Shown here: positions 58,735-64,000 of the stretch, in pieces
How positions within the stretch are numbered: position 1 is the stretch's first letter
Layout: every line of letters starts with the position of its first letter
Assembly: GCA_965206645.1 (NCBI GenBank)
Contig: CBDBKE010000004.1
Location: 576,001 to 640,000 of the forward strand
Source: Terriglobia bacterium
Lineage (GTDB): Bacteria > Acidobacteriota > Terriglobia > JAJPHL01 > JAPKYU01
DNA: 64,000 nucleotides
Reading direction: 5' to 3'
Notes under the pieces: generated by a model
The model's database searches: none
What the model saw: only the letters and a program-made list of their open reading frames with translations
What the model was told of the DNA's origin: nothing
Program-made: the position numbers and the translations under genes

Positions 58735-60423
58735 TCAATACGGTGCGAGATTTCGGCAATGGCACTCGCCGACGGCAACGTAGTGTGCGGCCTCCGCGCC
58801 ATAGGTGACGTGCGCCTTGCCCAGCCCTTCCAGATAGGTCACCAGAAACTCAGGTTTCGCGGCGTTCTGGACTATGACCTCCAGCGCCCGCACCAACTTC
58901 TTCTCCTGCTGGGCCATGTCCGTGTTCTGGAACAGTCCCTTCACCTGCGGGTAGCGCTTGAACAGCTCACCATAGAAAGTAGAAGCTAAATCTTTACCAT
59001 TCGAGCTCATCCTCTGTAGGTTGTCCTGCAGCAGCTTTGATTGGTAATGGGGTCGCAGAGCTCCCGATATCTCCATTGCGATCTCTTTCTGTGCCGCGAA
59101 GATATCGGTCAGCGTCCGCCGATACTGCTTCCCCCAGAGCTGGTGATTCGCTACAGTGTCGACGAGTTCGGCGCTTATCAACAGGTCATCTCCGAGTCGA
59201 ACAATTTTTCCTAACACCACCGCGCGAACCTTCAAGTCTCGCCCGACAGTTTGGGGTTGGATCTCTTGGCCCTTGTAACGGAGGACTGCGGTTCGGGATA
59301 TCACCTTGAGACTGGGCAACTGGGAAAGGCTGCTGATGATGTTTTCGGTGATCCCGTCAGTGAGGTATTCCATCTCAGGATCGGCACTGAGATTGGTGAA
59401 CGGTAAAATGGCAAGCGAATCGACGCCCTCGCCACGAGCCTCAGTTCGCTGGCGGGTCGTGCACGGCGCCCGGGAACGTCCTGTGCGAGGCTTTGTGCTC
59501 ACCACAGCGCTTCGTCCGGAGTCGCTATCGCGTTTCAGACGCTTCAGGTCCGCCCGAAGGTCAGAAGTGGTCTGGTAGCGCAACTCGCACTCTTTCTCCA
59601 GCGCTCTGTTGATGATCTCCTCTAGCTTGAGCGGAAGTTTAGAATTTATCTGTAGGGGCGCTATCGGCGCCCTGTTAAGAATCGCTTCGAGGACGACTCC
59701 AGAGGTCTTCCCAGTGAAAGCCGGGCGCCCCGTCGCCATTTCGTAAAGCATCACGCCGAAGGAAAAAAGATCCGAGCGCGCATCAACTTCCTCGCCACGC
59801 ACTTGCTCTGGCGACATGTAGGCGACTGTGCCGAGAGTGACGCCGGGGCTGGTGAGATGCTTCTCGACGGAGGAGTAGGTGCTCGAATCCGAGACTTGCC
59901 CTGCTCCACCCACCATCTGCCGTTGGGCCGCCACCTTTGCTAGCCCGAAGTCCAGGGTTTTGGCTTGTCCCTGCTCGTTAACAAAAATATTTGCTGGCTT
60001 GATGTCCCGATGCGTGATTCCCTTCGCATGGGCCGCCTCCAGCCCGTCGCTGACCTGAATGGCCAGCTCAACTAATTCCTCGGTCTTGAATGGCTTGCCC
60101 GCAATGCGGTGCTTGAGCGTTTGTCCTTCCAGCAGCGCCATGGCGATGAACGGCTGGCCCTCATATTCATCAATTTCGTAAATGGTGCAGATGTTGGGAT
60201 GAGTCAGCGCCGCAGTGGCACGGGCCTCACGGAGGAATCGGTCAAGCATTTGACGGTCCTTAGAAAACTCCTCGGCCAGGCACTTCAGGGCGACGTGGCG
60301 AGCGAGGATCGTGTCTTCGGCCTTGTACACAACTCCCATGCCACCGGCGCCCAGCTTCTCCAGGATGCGGTAGTGGGAAATCGTCTTCCCAGTCATGGGG
60401 AGCGCCTTGTTCCGGTCCTCCAT
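58735..60423 (-). CDS. Hanks-type Ser/Thr kinase + TolB_N-like domain + C-terminally truncated globin
   Basis: Kinase motifs GAGGMG, VALK, HRDIKPAN, DFG and GTVAYMSPE; then SLAILPFTNLS..YLTDGITE; then TFYGELFKRYP..LF..QQEKKL..LGKAH..YG..HY. Start may be 60396. Confidence 0.85.
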   Translation of the reverse strand: MEDRNKALPMTGKTISHYRILEKLGAGGMGVVYKAEDTILARHVALKCLAEEFSKDRQMLDRFLREARATAALTHPNICTIYEIDEYEGQPFIAMALLEGQTLKHRIAGKPFKTEELVELAIQVSDGLEAAHAKGITHRDIKPANIFVNEQGQAKTLDFGLAKVAAQRQMVGGAGQVSDSSTYSSVEKHLTSPGVTLGTVAYMSPEQVRGEEVDARSDLFSFGVMLYEMATGRPAFTGKTSGVVLEAILNRAPIAPLQINSKLPLKLEEIINRALEKECELRYQTTSDLRADLKRLKRDSDSGRSAVVSTKPRTGRSRAPCTTRQRTEARGEGVDSLAILPFTNLSADPEMEYLTDGITENIISSLSQLPSLKVISRTAVLRYKGQEIQPQTVGRDLKVRAVVLGKIVRLGDDLLISAELVDTVANHQLWGKQYRRTLTDIFAAQKEIAMEISGALRPHYQSKLLQDNLQRMSSNGKDLASTFYGELFKRYPQVKGLFQNTDMAQQEKKLVRALEVIVQNAAKPEFLVTYLEGLGKAHVTYGAEAAHYVAVGECHCRNLAPY

Positions 60424-60618
60424 GGAATGAAGTTCATAGCTGCCTTAGATGCGGAGATGGGCGGGCAGGATTCACCAGGAATTTTCTGAACTCCCCGGAT
60501 AGCAGTGCTCCCTAAGACTCGCTCACCTGCCCTGAGGATCGCATCCGCGACACTAAACCATGGTGGATAGCCGCATCGTTCACGAAACCCAATATAATCT
60601 GACGATTGTGGCGGGCAG

Positions 60619-61173
60619 TTAGACGGCGGCTCGGGAGTACTGCCGGGGTTTGAACTCCGGCTTCGTGCCCAGTCCCAGCGAGAGTATGTTGAAAAAGTTG
60701 ATGCAGCCGGTCATCACCACGGCCTCCAAGATCTGCTCGTCGGTGAAGCCGTGTTGGCGCAATGCCTCAATGTCCTTCCCGTCCGTTTCGGGCAGCCGCT
60801 CGGTGAGTTTGAGCGCGAAATCCAGCAGGGCCTTGTCCGCTTCGGAAATATCAGCGTAGTGATGATCCACCGCCACCTGCTCCAGCTCCGGGTCGGTCAC
60901 ACCCATCGTTCGCATCATCTCGCAATGAATGGTCACGCAATAGGTGCTCAGGCGCGCCGCCGAACAAACCAGGGCGATGGACTCCTTCTGCCGCCGGGAG
61001 AGGGCGCCTTCCTTGAGCAACACGGTCGAGAGCAACTGGACTTCGGCCTCGATGAAATCAGGTCGCAGGCCCTGGGCGCGGAACAAATTGGGGATCAACC
61101 CGAACTTTTCTCGCAGAGCTGCGAAGGGGGCAAAGGTCTGTTCGCTCAGCTCTCCTTCACGTAGGAAGCTCAT
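60619..61173 (-). CDS. AhpD/CMD-family peroxidase-related protein
   Basis: FGLIPNLFR, LSRRQKE, STYCVTIH, ALLDFALKLT and LRQHGFTDEQILE motifs. Confidence 0.85.
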   Translation of the reverse strand: MSFLREGELSEQTFAPFAALREKFGLIPNLFRAQGLRPDFIEAEVQLLSTVLLKEGALSRRQKESIALVCSAARLSTYCVTIHCEMMRTMGVTDPELEQVAVDHHYADISEADKALLDFALKLTERLPETDGKDIEALRQHGFTDEQILEAVVMTGCINFFNILSLGLGTKPEFKPRQYSRAAV

Positions 61174-61409
61174 CAAGGCTCCTTCATGGCGGTGCGGATT
61201 TTGGCCATGATCCGCTCAGAAATGCCCGTGGGCAGCTCGAAACACTGGCTATTGGTGACGATCCTCAGGGTTTTGCGCGTGGAGTCGACCAGGACCTGGC
61301 AGGTATGGCAGTGGTCCAGATGGATCTCCAGCTCCTGCCGGAGTTCGGCCACCACCTGGTCGTCCAGGTAGTTCCCCAATTCAGCCAACAGGTCACGACA
61401 ATTAAGCAC
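61173..61409 (-). CDS. Soluble zinc-finger (zf-HC2/ZAS) anti-sigma factor
   Basis: C..LGNYLD..HLDHCHTC; overlaps both the sigma stop and the AhpD start. Confidence 0.88.
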   Translation of the reverse strand: MLNCRDLLAELGNYLDDQVVAELRQELEIHLDHCHTCQVLVDSTRKTLRIVTNSQCFELPTGISERIMAKIRTAMKEP

Positions 61410-62046
61410 GGCTTCCCTCCCTCCGCTTACGCATGAAGCGCGGAGCCAGCGCCTCACGCAGCATCAGGCGACCGCGAAGCAGGCGCGTCTTCAAGGCGGG
61501 AGCGGTTAGCCCCAGGGCGGCCACCGCCTCCTCGGTGGAGAGCTCTTCCAGGTCGCGCAGCATGATCACCACACGATACTTGAGAGGAAGCTTCATCAGT
61601 TCTCCCTCCACCAGCTCACGCATCTCTGCTTTAGAGTACGCCTGTTCGGGACTGTCCTCCCAAGCCTGCACCTGGCGCGGGCGAAACCCCTGATCGCTGT
61701 CCGTCTCCGGCTCATCCAGGCTCTCCATGCTCTTGCGCTTGCGCAGCTGCTGCAACCCCTCGTTGATGGCGATGCGTGTCAGCCAGGTGGAAAACTTGGC
61801 GGCTGCCTGGAATTCCCCGATGTGCCGGAAGGCCTTCAGGAAAGTGTTCTGCGTACTGTCCTCGGCGTCCTCGCGATTGCCGGTGATGCCAATCAGCGTG
61901 CGGTAGACGCGTCCCTGGTGGCGCCGAACCAGGCCTTCGAAAGCGTCCGTGTCCCCGCTCTGCACTCGAGACACCAGACTGGCGTCCTCATCCACCTGCG
62001 GAGCGCTCTTCGCCGTTAGTTCTGCTTGGTTCTTCGGAACCGCCAT
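61402..62046 (-). CDS. ECF RNA polymerase sigma factor
   Basis: DAEDSTQNTFLKAF, FSTWLTRIAIN, LPLKYR and KTRLLRGR motifs. Confidence 0.93.
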   Translation of the reverse strand: MAVPKNQAELTAKSAPQVDEDASLVSRVQSGDTDAFEGLVRRHQGRVYRTLIGITGNREDAEDSTQNTFLKAFRHIGEFQAAAKFSTWLTRIAINEGLQQLRKRKSMESLDEPETDSDQGFRPRQVQAWEDSPEQAYSKAEMRELVEGELMKLPLKYRVVIMLRDLEELSTEEAVAALGLTAPALKTRLLRGRLMLREALAPRFMRKRREGSRA

Positions 62047-62377
62047 GGGGTTTCTTCGACTGTTCCGGATGACAATACACACCTCCACGCCCGGAATCGA
62101 CCCGGAAACAAGCACCTCAGTTTGACACAGGTTGCCGGCTGGAAGATTCACTTTCTTCCCTTTGCCGGCAGGAAAGACTCGCTGGCGCCAAGCTGCAGAT
62201 CAGGGGCAGAAAGCAGCGGATAGGGGGAAGAAAATTTCCCGATCTTTGGCCGTGGATCAAAGCGTATAACGAATGGCACCTGCGGTCATTTCCGAGCGCG
62301 CCTGCACTTGCCACCCTCCGCGGCAGCCCAGTATGCTGGGGAAGGGCAATTCTCCTTGAGCCTTCGGGACGCATTCC

Positions 62378-63286
62378 ATGAGAAGCAAGATTCTGGTGTT
62401 GTGTGTGTCGGTGCTGGGGACTACATACGCGGCCTTCGCCGTGGAGCAGCACGCTGTGGTCATCAGCAATCAGCGCTTCTACCGAAAAGCAGACCTGGAG
62501 AGCAAGACCGTGGGCCGCCTGGCGCTCGGCGAGCAGGTCTCGGTGACGGGACGCGAAGGCGCATTCCTGCAAGTGACGGCGCCGAGGGGGGAACGGGGCT
62601 GGACGCTGGCCATCGGCCTTGTGGTCCTGGACAACAATCCACGCGCTCCCGGGCTGCTGTTCCATGCCGCTGAGGCACTGGCAGAGGAAGATTCAGCCCA
62701 GACCTGGATCGCGGCCGCCCGGCTGTTCCGGAGGGCGGCATCCGTTGTTCCAGACGGTCCCTATGTGCCGGAGGCCCGGTGGCGCGCAGCAGAGCTGTCT
62801 TGGCGCATTGAAACCCGCACCATAGGCAGCATCAACCCCACGGGCACCGTAATGGAACTGCAGCGGGTAGTGCGCTCCTATCCCAAGACGCGGGCCGCCG
62901 CCGAGGCCGCCTTTCTCCTGCTTCGGACTAACCTGTGCGACTATTGGGAATCAACGCCGGGCTGCCCGGAAGCCGAGATCGGGTTGATCACTCGCTACCT
63001 GGAGGATTATCCGGACTCCGAGCGCGCCACTGAGCTGCGCTATGCGCTGGCCTACCGGCATGCGGCGCTGGTGGAAATCTACTTAGAGCAGGGCAAAACC
63101 CACTTCAGCGCGGAAAAGGCGGTTCGGCATAAGCAAGAAGCCCGTCAGGTAGTCGAAACTCTACTTGGACCCGGCGCGGTGAGCTTCGATGCATCATGGG
63201 CAGCGCGGGCCGAGCGGTTGCTGTGGTCGCTCGAGAATAATATCGGTGTGTTCTCCCACATCGAAGTCGCCTTGAGCAAGTTCTGA
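62378..63286 (+). CDS. Secreted SH3-domain / TPR-like protein
   Basis: Signal peptide; SH3b-like segment (LALGEQV..FLQV..GERGW); YP-containing helical repeats; CDYWESTPGCP. Confidence 0.7.
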   Translation: MRSKILVLCVSVLGTTYAAFAVEQHAVVISNQRFYRKADLESKTVGRLALGEQVSVTGREGAFLQVTAPRGERGWTLAIGLVVLDNNPRAPGLLFHAAEALAEEDSAQTWIAAARLFRRAASVVPDGPYVPEARWRAAELSWRIETRTIGSINPTGTVMELQRVVRSYPKTRAAAEAAFLLLRTNLCDYWESTPGCPEAEIGLITRYLEDYPDSERATELRYALAYRHAALVEIYLEQGKTHFSAEKAVRHKQEARQVVETLLGPGAVSFDASWAARAERLLWSLENNIGVFSHIEVALSKF

Positions 63287-63470
63287 GCGAAGAAAGCCTG
63301 CGCTTGGCTGATACCGATTCAGCGGGCATGGTCAGTAGCCGGGCTTTCCCATTTAGTCTGTCGATACGGCTCATCGAGGAATCGAATCGGTCATATTCGG
63401 GATTCAGGGTATGATCGGTCGCAAGCATAGCTAGCATTACCAGCGGATCGCTGGGGCCATCAGGAGCATT

Positions 63471-64000
63471 GTGAACTCGTCTTCCCCCAGACGGGAAACC
63501 GTATCCTGCGAGCGCAGGCGCTCATGGCGCTTTGATCCGCAGTCTCCACTCCGGCGCGTGCTGTTCAGCCTGGCTGCTATAGGCGCCTACGTTTTCGCGT
63601 TTTTCCCACTGTACCGGCTGACTGGTCCGGGGACGGCCGCTCTGGTCGCAGCACCGGTGATTGCTGTGGCATGGCTCTGGGGATTACGGGGCGGCGTGAT
63701 TGTCGGGGTTTTGACCTTCCCGTTGAACACACTTCTTTTCAACCTGGTCGGGCTGGAAGGTTGGGATCCGATATTCCGGGCAGGAGGCGGGCCCGGGCAG
63801 GTCATGCTGGTGCTCATTGGCGCGGGAATCGGGCAACTGCGTGACTTGGGAGGGCGGCTGACGGTGGAAATCACCGAGCGCGAGAGGACGGAGGACGCAC
63901 TGAGGGAGAGCGAAGAACGTTTCCGGGGCCTGTTTGAGGAAGCGCCGGTGGCCTACCACGAGATTGACTGTGAGGGTATCGTGCTCCGTGTCAACCGGGC
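63471..64000 (+). CDS. Membrane-anchored PAS sensor protein, 3'-truncated by window edge
   Basis: AGGAG SD then GTG; about 4 TM segments, followed by EITERERTEDALRESEERFRGLFEEAPVAYHEIDCEGIVLRVN. Confidence 0.8.
   Translation, partial: MNSSSPRRETVSCERRRSWRFDPQSPLRRVLFSLAAIGAYVFAFFPLYRLTGPGTAALVAAPVIAVAWLWGLRGGVIVGVLTFPLNTLLFNLVGLEGWDPIFRAGGGPGQVMLVLIGAGIGQLRDLGGRLTVEITERERTEDALRESEERFRGLFEEAPVAYHEIDCEGIVLRVNR

Noticed and set aside
63105-63437. Minus-strand 110-aa ORF after the SH3 gene
   Set aside because: It overlaps the SH3 gene, has no motif, and has no clear SD.

Overview
GC-rich bacterial chromosome segment whose gene repertoire and protein styles suggest Acidobacteriota (inference). 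It is mostly housekeeping: glcD, nfi, dnaE, accA, PiT/DUF47, gap-pgk, lpxD, murJ, xerD, a tRNA nucleotidyltransferase, ubiE/menG, aroB, nadB, tatA/tatC, ctpA, trxA, glgA, rsmA, argJ, rnj and tRNA-Ala(CGC). No CRISPR array, rRNA, prophage or transposase was seen. The most unusual locus is at 58.3-62.0 kb: ECF sigma, zinc anti-sigma, an AhpD-like protein, a Ser/Thr kinase whose usual TPR tail is replaced by a C-terminally damaged globin domain, and a STAS protein. Together these form a candidate O2/NO/peroxide-sensing phosphorylation module. Other points of interest: an RsbW kinase plus STAS pair heading an MlaE/F/D-PqiC operon; a DPS-like gene with an in-frame TAA at codon 7 lying between two uncharacterised Cys-rich proteins; a frameshifted tonB; an animal-type glutaminyl cyclase coupled to tatC; a small islet at the tRNA 3' end; MITE/REP elements; and repeated -10 boxes just upstream of start codons (probable leaderless genes). 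All calls come from reading motifs by eye, with no database searches.
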